Origin: an uncultured Candidatus Saccharibacteria bacterium
GTDB lineage: Bacteria > Patescibacteriota > Minisyncoccia > Phycocordibacterales > PALSA-1337
Assembly (NCBI GenBank): GCA_964412585.1
Contig: CAYPPJ010000001.1
Location: 17,995 to 81,994, forward strand
Reading direction: 5' to 3'
Length of the DNA stretch: 64,000 nucleotides
In this document: piece after piece, positions 19,211-28,381 of the stretch
How the letters are laid out: each line of letters starts with the position of its first letter
Position numbering within the stretch: position 1 is the first letter of the stretch
Made by a program: the position numbers and the translations under genes
The notes under the pieces: generated by a model
What the model was told of the DNA's origin: nothing
Database searches by the model: none
Seen by the model: only the letters and a program-made list of their open reading frames with translations

Positions 19211-20032
19211 ATGAATACAGTCAGTGTATCTACACATACAGTTATCTATAAAAAACTGGGCGAAACACCACTCGAGGCTCTTGAGCGGTTTCGTGGTGAT
19301 CAGATCGCTCGCGCAAGACAGGCATCTACTACTGAGCAAAAAAGTGACCAAAAAGTAGTCACTTTTTGGCAGGATGTGCCCCTCACTTACGCCGGCCGGC
19401 TTGATCCAATGGCTGAAGGGTCATTACTTATTCTTATTGGGGATGAATGTAAAAATAAAGAAAAGTACCTTGGTCTCGACAAGGAATACGAGGTTGAAAT
19501 TGTCTTTGGTATTGAAACTGATACATACGATGCACTGGGAATATCGAGATTAGTTGAGGCAACCGGCCTGGATAACCAATCAGTTGGATTTGAGGCCGCT
19601 TCTATTTCGACTCAACTAAATTCATACGTTGGCCATTTTACACAATCCTACCCACCGTATTCATCCAAAACAGTGAATGGTGTCCAGCTTCACGAACTAG
19701 CGCGCACCGACTCATTACCGGAGGAAATGCCCACAAAAGAGGTAGAAATATACGACATTCAAGTATTATGTATTGGAACTATCAGCGCACCTGATTTACA
19801 TGATCGCATTACCAATACTATTGGACTGGTTAAGGGAGATTTCCGACAGGCTGAGATACTCGAGAAGTGGCACCAAAACCTCTCAGATAGTCGTATATTC
19901 AATACAGTGAGCATTCGTGTGAGATGTTCAAGTGGCACCTACATGCGCTCATTGGCACACAAGATAGGTCAAGATACTGGTCTCGGAGCTTTCGCGCTTT
20001 CGATACAGAGGACGAAGATACTCGGTCTGTGA
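19211..20032 (+). CDS. truB: tRNA pseudouridine synthase, TruB family
   Basis: YAGRLDPMAEGSLLILIGDECK...KEYEVEIVFGIETDTYDALG matches the TruB catalytic block including the catalytic Asp. An alternative GTG start is at 19190. Confidence 0.65.
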   Translation: MNTVSVSTHTVIYKKLGETPLEALERFRGDQIARARQASTTEQKSDQKVVTFWQDVPLTYAGRLDPMAEGSLLILIGDECKNKEKYLGLDKEYEVEIVFGIETDTYDALGISRLVEATGLDNQSVGFEAASISTQLNSYVGHFTQSYPPYSSKTVNGVQLHELARTDSLPEEMPTKEVEIYDIQVLCIGTISAPDLHDRITNTIGLVKGDFRQAEILEKWHQNLSDSRIFNTVSIRVRCSSGTYMRSLAHKIGQDTGLGAFALSIQRTKILGL

Positions 20033-20047
20033 TACTATAGAAACACG

Positions 20048-21022
20048 ATGCGAAAAATAATTATCAAAGAGGGACCACTTGTGTTCCTCCGAAATGTCCT
20101 ATCGATGGAAATCATCGCGGCCCTGTTCTTTTTCGGGCTCTCCTTTGCGGGCAATTATAGCGCTGCATACAGCAATTGGGGTTTGTCCAGATACGTTCGA
20201 TTTGATCTTTTTGAAATATATTTATTTTCGGCTTTTCAACTTGTTTACTTGGCTTTGCTCTTTCTTGATTGGTATTTCACTCACTACGAAATTAATGACA
20301 AAGAGATCATTCGTAAATCAGGTTTATTGTTCCGCCGGCGCAAATCAGTCAGTCTGGGAGATGTTGCATCGGTAGAGACATACCAATCGCCGATCAGTCG
20401 TCTGATGTCGCATGCCACTATCATCCTTGAGCATAGCAATGGGCGCATGACCAAGATCAAGAATGTGAGTGCCTTCGATGAATACGTGCACGTGATCAAG
20501 GGTATGGTTCAGAGTGCTTCAGGTCGTATCATGACTCGGGATCCGCGTGTTCTGTTGGAAAAAGGAGAAAGTGCCTATGTCGAGTTTAAAGAGACGATGC
20601 GCTATGATGCTCGCAAAGGGGAGATCAGTAAAGAATTGGAGAAGATGGTCCTAAAAACAATTGCTTCGTTTTTGAATGCCGATGGCGGTACATTGCTCAT
20701 CGGGGTAAATGATGAGGGTAAAGCTGTCGGACTTGCCAATGACTACAAAACGCTTACCAAGAAAAATCGTGATGGCTTTGAGAATCATTTGACCATGTTG
20801 GTCAAAACACAGATTGGTCTTGCGTTTGCAAAATACGTGAGTGTCGCGTTTGAGACGATAGAGGGCAATGATATCTGTGTGGTTTCAGTAAAGGAGGGAC
20901 ACAAGCCGGCCTATGTGATGAATGGTGACAAAAAAGAGGATTTCTTTGTGAGGGTAGGGAATTCGACACAACCTTTTTCGATGAGTGAGGCAGAGGAGTA
21001 TATAAAGACACATTGGAAGTAG
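20048..21022 (+). CDS. membrane-anchored fusion of a bacterial PH domain (bPH_2/YdbT-like) and an AlbA_2/Schlafen-type putative DNA-binding domain
   Basis: Two N-terminal TM helices; PH-like segment (EIIRKSGLLFRRRKSVSL..V); C-terminal ESAYVEFKETMRYD....ISKEL.K.IASFLNADGGTLLIGVNDEGKAVGL, the AlbA_2 hallmark. Confidence 0.5.
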   Translation: MRKIIIKEGPLVFLRNVLSMEIIAALFFFGLSFAGNYSAAYSNWGLSRYVRFDLFEIYLFSAFQLVYLALLFLDWYFTHYEINDKEIIRKSGLLFRRRKSVSLGDVASVETYQSPISRLMSHATIILEHSNGRMTKIKNVSAFDEYVHVIKGMVQSASGRIMTRDPRVLLEKGESAYVEFKETMRYDARKGEISKELEKMVLKTIASFLNADGGTLLIGVNDEGKAVGLANDYKTLTKKNRDGFENHLTMLVKTQIGLAFAKYVSVAFETIEGNDICVVSVKEGHKPAYVMNGDKKEDFFVRVGNSTQPFSMSEAEEYIKTHWK

Positions 21023-21303
21023 AAAACTTTATTTTGGGACATAAACACAAAAGCTCCCGAAGGAGCGTTGTGTTACCAGTTTGGATTCGTTATGAATCCT
21101 TGGGCCCAGGGGCCTGTCCCATGAGTTCCACCAGTCGAGATTAATCGACTACATAAGTTTAGTTCACTCATAAATAAAGTCAAGCATTTGTGGACCCATG
21201 GGGATTTGCCCCCCTATAGCCGATGGTAAGCCAACTATTGTCACTATGACTGGGTCCACGGGAAGGAATCGCCTTCCTTGTCATAGAAGATATCAAATCA
21301 AAC

Positions 21304-21342
21304 TGAAGAAACGCTGGAGAAATGATTAAGATTCGCTGGAGA
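21304..21342 (+). repeat. copy A of a 39-bp motif TGAAGAAACGCTGGAGAAATGAT(T/A)AAGATTCGCTGGAGA, with an internal direct repeat CGCTGGAGA 22 bp apart
   Basis: 38/39 identical to 46017-46055; the flanks are unrelated. Confidence 0.85.
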
Positions 21343-21369
21343 TGGATTTATGTGTTCAAATGTCGCGAC

Positions 21370-21397
21370 AAAAAACTCAAGATTAACTTGAGTTTTT
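21370..21397. terminator. perfect palindromic hairpin with an A-run on one side and a T-run on the other (bidirectional terminator)
   Basis: AAAAACTCAAG attaa CTTGAGTTTTT. A second hairpin with an 11-bp stem lies at 21411-21449. Confidence 0.55.
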
Positions 21398-21470
21398 ACT
21401 TCCAACCATTGTCGAACCTCCACAGTACAGCAGTAACGGGAGGTTCGACGGTAGTTATAAGTAGATACTT

Positions 21471-21872
21471 TTACTCATTAAATTTCCTTATCACATATAT
21501 CGCGATTACTGCTTGAGCGAGAAGTATGACGTAATTGAAGTATCTGAAGAATTCTGTAAATGATGATATTAAAGATATGGCCTCAGACGTGTGAAGCTCA
21601 GAGTAGATACCCAACGAAAGGCCAAACACATCAACAATAAGAATCAAGATTGGTACAACGTAAAGAATTTTTCCAACCCTGTTCTTTTTTAGTAATATGG
21701 CAATCATTACAATACTCCAGACAAGAAGGATGAAAAAAAGACCGTCTGATATCACTGAAAGGAGTTTCGCAAATGAACTACTAGATATGAAAAGTAACAA
21801 CGCGACTATAACCGTTTCAAGTAATACAAATTGATGATACAGCACTACATTACCGAATGATCTATTTGCCAT
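21471..21872 (-). CDS. hypothetical polytopic membrane protein (about 4 TM helices)
   Basis: Hydrophobic helices; no motif recognised. Confidence 0.45.
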   Translation of the reverse strand: MANRSFGNVVLYHQFVLLETVIVALLLFISSSSFAKLLSVISDGLFFILLVWSIVMIAILLKKNRVGKILYVVPILILIVDVFGLSLGIYSELHTSEAISLISSFTEFFRYFNYVILLAQAVIAIYVIRKFNE

Positions 21873-21895
21873 ATTAAAATAAATTATACCACAAA

Positions 21896-23689
21896 TTATT
21901 TCAAATCACTCCTACGTGACTTTGCACGATCCAATTCCGTCAAAAACTTCTTGCGCAGACGCACGTTTTTCGGGGTAATCTCGAGATATTCATCTTCACG
22001 CATCAGTTCGAGACCGCGTTCGATAGAGAGCTCAAATGGAGGAACGAGCATGAGTGCCTCATCTTTTCCTGAGGAGCGCATGTTACTCATAGCCTTGCCC
22101 TTGGTAGGGTTAACATCCATGTCATCACCTTTTGCGGTATCACCGACAACCATGCCTTCGTAGACTTCTACTGCTGGGCCAATAAAGAGGCGGCCACGAT
22201 CCTGGAGGTTCCAGAGTGAGAAACCAAGTGACTTGCCGGATGCCATAGATGTCATTGAGCCAGTCTCGCGCTTTTCAATCTCGCCAGCATATGGTTTGAA
22301 TCCGAGCACACGTGAAGACATGATACCTTCACCCTTGGTATCAATAATAAAGACGTTCTTGTAACCCAACAGACCGCGAGTTGGAATCTCAAGCACGATG
22401 CGAACTTGGTTGCCATGAGTAGTCATATTGGTCATGACACCCTTGCGCTTGCCTAGGGTTTCAATGATAGCTCCTGAATACTCCTGGGGACAATCAATGA
22501 TGGCTTCTTCAAAAGGTTCAAGTTTTTGACCATCCTCTTCCTTGAAAATAACCTTTGGCTGGGAAACCTGGAGCTCGAAGCCTTCGCGGCGCATGTTTTC
22601 GATAAGGATAGCAATGTGGAGTTCGCCACGGCCGAATACCGTAAAGAATTCATTTGAACTAAAATCAACTTTGAGTCCTACGTTTGTCTCAAGCTCGCGT
22701 TCGAGGCGCTCTCGAATCTGTCGTCCGGTGACGAACGTACCTTCACGTCCAGCAAATGGTGAGTTGTTGACCAAAAACTGAAGGGAAATAGTCGGCTCAT
22801 CTACCTTGATAGCTGGCAATGCGGCAGTCGCCTCGTTATCGGTAATAGTCTCACCAATATAAATATCAGGCATACCAGCAACAGTGATAATGTCACCAGA
22901 TTCTGCTTCTTTGACCTCGATACGCTTTTTACCGTCGAATGTGAACAGTTTGGTAATCTTACCAGTAAATGTTTTGCCGTTGATATCCTTTACCCACACG
23001 TTTTGACCATCACGGATAGTTCCACTATAAATACGGCAGACGGCGAGACGTCCAAGGAAGTTGTCATAGCCGAGGTTGAATACTTGTGCGGTAAGTGGGT
23101 CGCCGGCATTCTTTTTTGCATTTGCAGGAGGCACATGTTCTAGAATCATATCCAAAAGAGGTGTAAGATCCTTTGCTTCGTCAGTCAATTTCTTTTTTGC
23201 CACACCCTGGCGGCCAATAGCATAAATAGTAGGGAAGTCGAGTTGTGCGTCATTTGCGCCAAGTTCCATAAAGAGTTCGAGTACCTCGTCGTGAGCACGG
23301 GCTGGATTTGCGGCTGGCTTGTCGATCTTGTTGAGGACGAGGATCGGTTTGATGCCGAGTTCAAGTGACTTTTTCAAAACGAAACGAGTCTGGGGCATCG
23401 GACCTTCCTGCGCATCGACGACGAGAAGAACGGTGTCGATGGAACGAAGCACGCGCTCTACTTCTGATCCAAAATCAGCGTGACCTGGTGTGTCGACGAT
23501 GTTGATCTTGGTACCCTTGTAGGTAATAGAGGTGTTCTTGGCATAAATGGTAATACCGCGCTCCTGTTCGAGTGCGTTTGAGTCCATAGTACCTTCGTCG
23601 CCATGACCGCATTGGGTCATAATAGCGTCAGTAAGGGTGGTTTTGCCGTGGTCCACATGCGCGATAATGGCAATGTTTCGGATATCCAT
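21896..23689 (-). CDS. typA: translational GTPase TypA/BipA
   Basis: [22 protein letters not shown]-like domains; 597 aa. Confidence 0.9.
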   Translation of the reverse strand: MDIRNIAIIAHVDHGKTTLTDAIMTQCGHGDEGTMDSNALEQERGITIYAKNTSITYKGTKINIVDTPGHADFGSEVERVLRSIDTVLLVVDAQEGPMPQTRFVLKKSLELGIKPILVLNKIDKPAANPARAHDEVLELFMELGANDAQLDFPTIYAIGRQGVAKKKLTDEAKDLTPLLDMILEHVPPANAKKNAGDPLTAQVFNLGYDNFLGRLAVCRIYSGTIRDGQNVWVKDINGKTFTGKITKLFTFDGKKRIEVKEAESGDIITVAGMPDIYIGETITDNEATAALPAIKVDEPTISLQFLVNNSPFAGREGTFVTGRQIRERLERELETNVGLKVDFSSNEFFTVFGRGELHIAILIENMRREGFELQVSQPKVIFKEEDGQKLEPFEEAIIDCPQEYSGAIIETLGKRKGVMTNMTTHGNQVRIVLEIPTRGLLGYKNVFIIDTKGEGIMSSRVLGFKPYAGEIEKRETGSMTSMASGKSLGFSLWNLQDRGRLFIGPAVEVYEGMVVGDTAKGDDMDVNPTKGKAMSNMRSSGKDEALMLVPPFELSIERGLELMREDEYLEITPKNVRLRKKFLTELDRAKSRRSDLK

Positions 23690-23773
23690 AGGGGAAAGAT
23701 TAATAGGGAATGAGCTAACAGTTTACATTATTTGAACATTTTTGTCAAAATCTTGGTAAATAAAACGCCCAAC

Positions 23774-23803
23774 CAGTTGGTACCGGTTGGGTTGTTTGAG
23801 CCG
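23774..23803 (-). terminator. hairpin plus T-run downstream of the P-loop gene on the minus strand
   Basis: On the minus strand: CCCAACC..GGTTGGG, then CGTTTTATTT. Confidence 0.45.
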
Positions 23804-23824
23804 TGGCTCGGTGAGGATTGGGAT

Positions 23825-24631
23825 TTAGGATGGACGAGCGAACTGGCCTTGCATGGCGCCGGTGAACGGACTCACAGGGCTGACGCCAGCAAATTCAACA
23901 ACAACGTTATTTTGAGGCGGAGAAGCCGAATGAGCAAGGTGAGCCGCATGAGTGCCGTCGAGTTTGTGAATACGTTGACACGCGGGGTGTTCAGGATCGG
24001 TGCAACGATTCAAGAGGGCAGTAGTTACTTCTGGACCAAGCCCGGCAAATTCAATGATGGCTTTGATCTTTGTGGCCATTGTTTCCCCCCGCTTCAAGGG
24101 AAGACGTTTGATCCGTTTGCGGGTCACCAGATAATCAATGCCAGGTTGCGCGAGATCGTGGTGCATCTTGTAGGCCTTTTTTGTTTTTTCAGGCCCACCG
24201 TCGAGACGTGGAGGACGTTCGGCATCAGCTTTCAGCGCCTCCTCAAGACTACAATCAATCGTGACCAAACAGAGGTGCTCGAAGTTCTTGTACAGAAGTT
24301 CGCCTTGATGTTTGGAACGAGGTACGCCTCCCCAGAACGCCTTCAGAATCGGCTGACCGGGGTTCGTGTGAAACTGAATCTTCTGGACAGCCGCCTTCAT
24401 TACTGGCTTATCAGGCATGAGTTTGCGCTCTTTCTGATCTTCAGCAAGGGACGTAAACAGTTGGCCCAGTTTGGTGCCACGGGTCCGATGCCAAGCAATG
24501 ACAGCGCTCGTGTCCAGGATCAAGAATCGAGGATCACCTTGGAACACCAGTTCAAGAACCTCCAGAACAGTGGTCTTGCCTGCACCCACCGCAGCAGCAA
24601 TAGCCACTACCGGAGTATTTTGCTTCTTCAT
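23825..24631 (-). CDS. P-loop NTPase, kinase-like; compositionally atypical (GC-rich)
   Basis: Walker A VVAIAAAVGAGKTT. By eye GC is clearly higher than in neighbouring genes, and a long antisense shadow ORF covers it. Confidence 0.5.
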   Translation of the reverse strand: MKKQNTPVVAIAAAVGAGKTTVLEVLELVFQGDPRFLILDTSAVIAWHRTRGTKLGQLFTSLAEDQKERKLMPDKPVMKAAVQKIQFHTNPGQPILKAFWGGVPRSKHQGELLYKNFEHLCLVTIDCSLEEALKADAERPPRLDGGPEKTKKAYKMHHDLAQPGIDYLVTRKRIKRLPLKRGETMATKIKAIIEFAGLGPEVTTALLNRCTDPEHPACQRIHKLDGTHAAHLAHSASPPQNNVVVEFAGVSPVSPFTGAMQGQFARPS

Positions 24632-24728
24632 ACTTTTTTAGTCTCTTTTGTGTAGTTTGGTTGAGGCAATTCTCCCTAAATCCATAATTTTTCGAAAGAA
24701 CAGCCAGGCAACACTGTACCACATATCT

Positions 24729-24771
24729 AAATCTTCAGCAAATCTTTATCAAATCTTCAGTATTTCTTCAG
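24729..24771 (+). promoter_or_regulatory. four phased direct repeats (A/T)(A/T)ATCTT(C/T)A(G/T) at 11-12-bp spacing upstream of the pilB-like gene
   Basis: AAATCTTCAG at 24729, AAATCTTTAT at 24740, AAATCTTCAG at 24751, TTTCTTCAG at 24763. Confidence 0.35.
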
Positions 24772-24787
24772 TTTAACTTGATATGGT

Positions 24788-25900
24788 ATGTGCATGGATA
24801 AGGCATTTCCCACACAATTAAACACTGCCGTCGATACAATTGAGAATATTCTTTCCTATGCGATTCGACATCGAGCATCTGATATTCATTACGACCCTTC
24901 TGCTCAGGATTCGGTTGTGCGGTTGCGTGTCGATGGTCATGTCTGTTTTGCTGGGATGGTACCCCGTCGGTTGCACCAGGAGATTATTGCTAGGCTCAAG
25001 ATCCTTTCGGGGGCACGAACCGACATTCATGCCATACCACAGGACGGTAGGTGGACTGCCGAATGTGTCGGAGAACTCTATCAGATACGCATCTCTTTCA
25101 TGCCTTCCTATCATGGCGAAAATGCAGTCATGAGGATTCTGCCGACAAAAATAACGTCCGAAGTAACACTTGCGAAGCTCGGCTTCACTCCTGATCATGT
25201 GCGTACTATCGATGGGGCACTGCACAAAACCTCCGGACTCATTCTTGTTACCGGGCCCACAGGATCAGGAAAAACAACAACACTTCATACATGTCTGACA
25301 CTCAAATCGAAAGAACCGCTTTCTATTGTTACCCTTGAAGATCCGGTCGAGTACGAGATCCCGTCAGTGAGACAGGTTCACATTCGTCACAATTTTGGTG
25401 TGACATTTGCCTCAGGTCTTCGTTCAGCACTACGGCAGGATCCGGATGTCATCATGGTGGGAGAAATACGAGATGCTGAGACTGCGCGAGTAGCCATACA
25501 CACCGCACTCACTGGTCACCTCGTGCTTTCAACTCTCCACACAAATTCGGCACTTGAAGCGATTCCGCGACTCGCGGATATGGGTGTAGACCATTATCTA
25601 TTAGCATCAACACTACGTTGTGTGATTGCTCAACGATTGGTTAGGGTTATGTGTACAGAATGTGGGGCAGATGGGTGTAGTGCATGTCGACATACTGGAT
25701 ACAATGGGCGGTCAGTGATTGCAGAAGTTTGTGAGATAGATGATGGTATGAAGCGCCATATTTCTGAGAAGGCTTCTGTCGCAGCATTTACCTCATATGC
25801 GCGCTCACGAGGATTCCGTCCTATGAGTGAGGATGGTCACGAAAAGGTCGAATGGGGCATTACCACGCAGCAAGAGGTAACACGAGTACTCTATGAATAA
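24788..25900 (+). CDS. type IV pilus / type II secretion ATPase (GspE/PilB/PilT family), short form
   Basis: Walker A GPTGSGKTTT, Asp box, His box TLHTNSA, C-terminal Cys cluster. Confidence 0.8.
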   Translation: MCMDKAFPTQLNTAVDTIENILSYAIRHRASDIHYDPSAQDSVVRLRVDGHVCFAGMVPRRLHQEIIARLKILSGARTDIHAIPQDGRWTAECVGELYQIRISFMPSYHGENAVMRILPTKITSEVTLAKLGFTPDHVRTIDGALHKTSGLILVTGPTGSGKTTTLHTCLTLKSKEPLSIVTLEDPVEYEIPSVRQVHIRHNFGVTFASGLRSALRQDPDVIMVGEIRDAETARVAIHTALTGHLVLSTLHTNSALEAIPRLADMGVDHYLLASTLRCVIAQRLVRVMCTECGADGCSACRHTGYNGRSVIAEVCEIDDGMKRHISEKASVAAFTSYARSRGFRPMSEDGHEKVEWGITTQQEVTRVLYE

Positions 25901-26927
25901 TACTTTTCTTGTGTCAATGTTCGAACGACTTGAGATGTACCTATCTGCAGGATTGCCTCTCGACAAAGCTTTACAGACGGTCGCTCATGGTAGTTCAAAA
26001 CGCAATTGCATGATTCTTGAGCGCATACTAGGCGAAGTGTACTCTGGGGAGCGTATTTCAGCATCGTTTTCAAGACATCTTCGTATATCGAAAACACTTT
26101 GTAGTTTGATCGAACACGGTGAGACATCTGGCAATTTACCAGGATCACTGGTGCTGGCCCGGTCAATACTTGAGCGTCAGTCTGACACGTTCAAAAAATG
26201 TACATCCGCGTTGGTGTATCCGATGGTGATTGGTGTTTTTGCGCTCGTATTAACACTAGGACTGGTACGTGGGGTTATGCCGCAGATAACACCAATGCTC
26301 AAAAGCTTGCGTGTACCGTTGCCAGTCCTGACAAAAATTATGATTACTATTTCAGAGCATGTTGTCGCTTATGGATTGTACGTGTGCGCAGGCCTCGTCA
26401 TTCTTGGCGCCATAACAGTGGTACTTTACAAAAAAGTGGCTTGGTTTGCGTACTTATGTCAGTGGTGTGCCACGAGAATTCCGATAGTCGGTAACGTATT
26501 TTTTCTTTATTCCATATCACTATTCCTCAGGTCGTTTGGCTCACTGGTCGAATCAGGGTTACCAGTGCCAGCGTCATACGTGAGTACATCCACGACTCTA
26601 CCTCTTCTTCCTCTCAAAAGAGCACTCCAACAAAAAAGCTCTGAAATTCAAAAAGGTGTCTCACTCGGCGTAATACTATCCACTGTTAATCGAAAGGTGC
26701 CTAGACATGTCTCTTCGCTCGTTTCGGCAGGGGAATTGTCCGGATCTCTCGGGGCTTCTCTAGTTCGCGCTGCCACTATTATTGACCGTGATATGGACCA
26801 TAGTCTGAAAAGACTAACGTCTCTCATTGAGCCACTCATGATGGTCGGCATGGGATGTACTGTTGGTAGCATTGCCTTATCAATAATGATGCCTATTTAT
26901 GACATGTCGAAAGTATTGCAACATTAA
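25893..26927 (+). CDS. type II secretion / type IV pilus platform protein (GspF/PilC family)
   Basis: Two T2SS_F-like repeats with 3-4 TM helices. Confidence 0.75.
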   Translation: MNNTFLVSMFERLEMYLSAGLPLDKALQTVAHGSSKRNCMILERILGEVYSGERISASFSRHLRISKTLCSLIEHGETSGNLPGSLVLARSILERQSDTFKKCTSALVYPMVIGVFALVLTLGLVRGVMPQITPMLKSLRVPLPVLTKIMITISEHVVAYGLYVCAGLVILGAITVVLYKKVAWFAYLCQWCATRIPIVGNVFFLYSISLFLRSFGSLVESGLPVPASYVSTSTTLPLLPLKRALQQKSSEIQKGVSLGVILSTVNRKVPRHVSSLVSAGELSGSLGASLVRAATIIDRDMDHSLKRLTSLIEPLMMVGMGCTVGSIALSIMMPIYDMSKVLQH

Positions 26928-28377
26928 ACAGGGCATTATTCTTGCCGACGTTCTTGTTGCGCTTGCTTTGGCGGTGTTATTGGTAATGAGCGTGACTCAA
27001 CTTTCTGGTAGTGCGCGTGAGATATATGATTCTTCAACAGAAAGGAATCGTTTGATGAATGTGTACGAAGCCCACGCCAATACATTTGATGAGTTGATGC
27101 CCTATGAGTCGCGCAATATTACACTCGACCAGGACGACGGTGAATATGATATGTATGCAACAACGACTATTTCTGCAAACGCCCGTTGGTATGGAAACGA
27201 TCGCATTGAAACACAGGTGACAGTTTCTACAAAGAAAGATTCGGTTACATTTGTACGCATTAGACTCTATCCATTGGGTACCATAGACGATGTGATTGGG
27301 ACACCGATATGTTCAGTTGATTTTGCTCAAAAAGATATTGTTGGCTCATACGGCTATAAATCGTCCCATTCAATTGCTCCAAATCAACTTCATGCAAGTA
27401 TTATCCCAATTTCGTTACCAATAGATCCGACTGTGCCTTTAACAGATGTGATTATACGAAATGGTATTGCATATATATCAACAGACTCGTCACGACAGTC
27501 CGATCCAGATATTCTAATATTCGATATTCATGATACGTCCGATACTCAATTACTCGCAGGACTTAATACAGGTCCTGGCATATCAGCAATCACCCTTGCA
27601 GGAAATCATGTATTTGCTGCTGTGACGAGTAGAACTGCCCAGCTTCAAGATCTGGTAATTAATGATCTTGCGCACATATCGATAGAATCAAGTTACAAAT
27701 TACCGTTACCATATGCTTCAGCAACTCCACCGCTTGCGAGTTCAATATTTTTTGACAAAAATCGCGTTTATCTTGGAACAGAAAAATGGGACGGTGATGA
27801 ATTTTCTATTATTAACGTTTCTGACCCTGCCCACCCAGTAAGGTTGAGCGGGCTTGAAATGGGTTCAAAGATCAATTCTATATATGTGCGGAATGATACT
27901 GCGTACGTAACAGATTCGAATGAACAACAGCTGCGTGTAATACATGCCGCAGATCCTGCGTTGCCGCAATTGGTATACGGATTTAATCCTTCAGGTTGGC
28001 AACGCCAAGAAGGGAAGTCGATATCGTATTTTGAAGACTATGTAGATTTTAGCCGAACATCAGGCGGATTTAATATTAAGACAGACGCAGAACTATTTAG
28101 CTGGGGCACGAGCACTTCACTACTGTATGGTTTTCCACCTACTAAATCCTTAGATGTTCCTGGAGGAATATATGGAATTGTTCGAGATAGGTCATACGTC
28201 TATGCAATAAGTAGGCAGTTGGGCAGTGAACTTCAAATGTTTGATTATTCTCTATCAACAAGCACAAGCAAAGTCATTACATTACCCGTAACACCCCAAG
28301 CTTTAACTTGTGACAACGATTCAATATATGTTTTAGGAGCTAATAATCCGGTATTGTACAAAATTTTATTTAAATAA
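26899..28377 (+). CDS. large pilus-associated protein: prepilin-like hydrophobic N-terminus plus LVIVD-like beta-propeller repeats
   Basis: N-terminus QGIILADVLVALALAVLLV; LQDLVINDL-type repeat; the start overlaps the end of the preceding gene, so the start is uncertain. Confidence 0.4.
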   Translation: MTCRKYCNIKQGIILADVLVALALAVLLVMSVTQLSGSAREIYDSSTERNRLMNVYEAHANTFDELMPYESRNITLDQDDGEYDMYATTTISANARWYGNDRIETQVTVSTKKDSVTFVRIRLYPLGTIDDVIGTPICSVDFAQKDIVGSYGYKSSHSIAPNQLHASIIPISLPIDPTVPLTDVIIRNGIAYISTDSSRQSDPDILIFDIHDTSDTQLLAGLNTGPGISAITLAGNHVFAAVTSRTAQLQDLVINDLAHISIESSYKLPLPYASATPPLASSIFFDKNRVYLGTEKWDGDEFSIINVSDPAHPVRLSGLEMGSKINSIYVRNDTAYVTDSNEQQLRVIHAADPALPQLVYGFNPSGWQRQEGKSISYFEDYVDFSRTSGGFNIKTDAELFSWGTSTSLLYGFPPTKSLDVPGGIYGIVRDRSYVYAISRQLGSELQMFDYSLSTSTSKVITLPVTPQALTCDNDSIYVLGANNPVLYKILFK

Positions 28378-28381
28378 ATAT

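Noticed and set aside
21240-21300. SRP-RNA-like GGAAGGAA segment (GGGTCCACGGGAAGGAATCGCC)
   Set aside because: Only a partial resemblance to domain IV. The surrounding pairing (GGAAGG/CCTTCC with loop AATCG) does not reproduce the conserved GGAA tetraloop and asymmetric internal loops.
23732-24655. 307-aa plus-strand ORF
   Set aside because: Low-complexity, motif-free translation lying entirely antisense to a P-loop-containing minus-strand gene. It is a shadow ORF created by the GC-rich composition of that gene.
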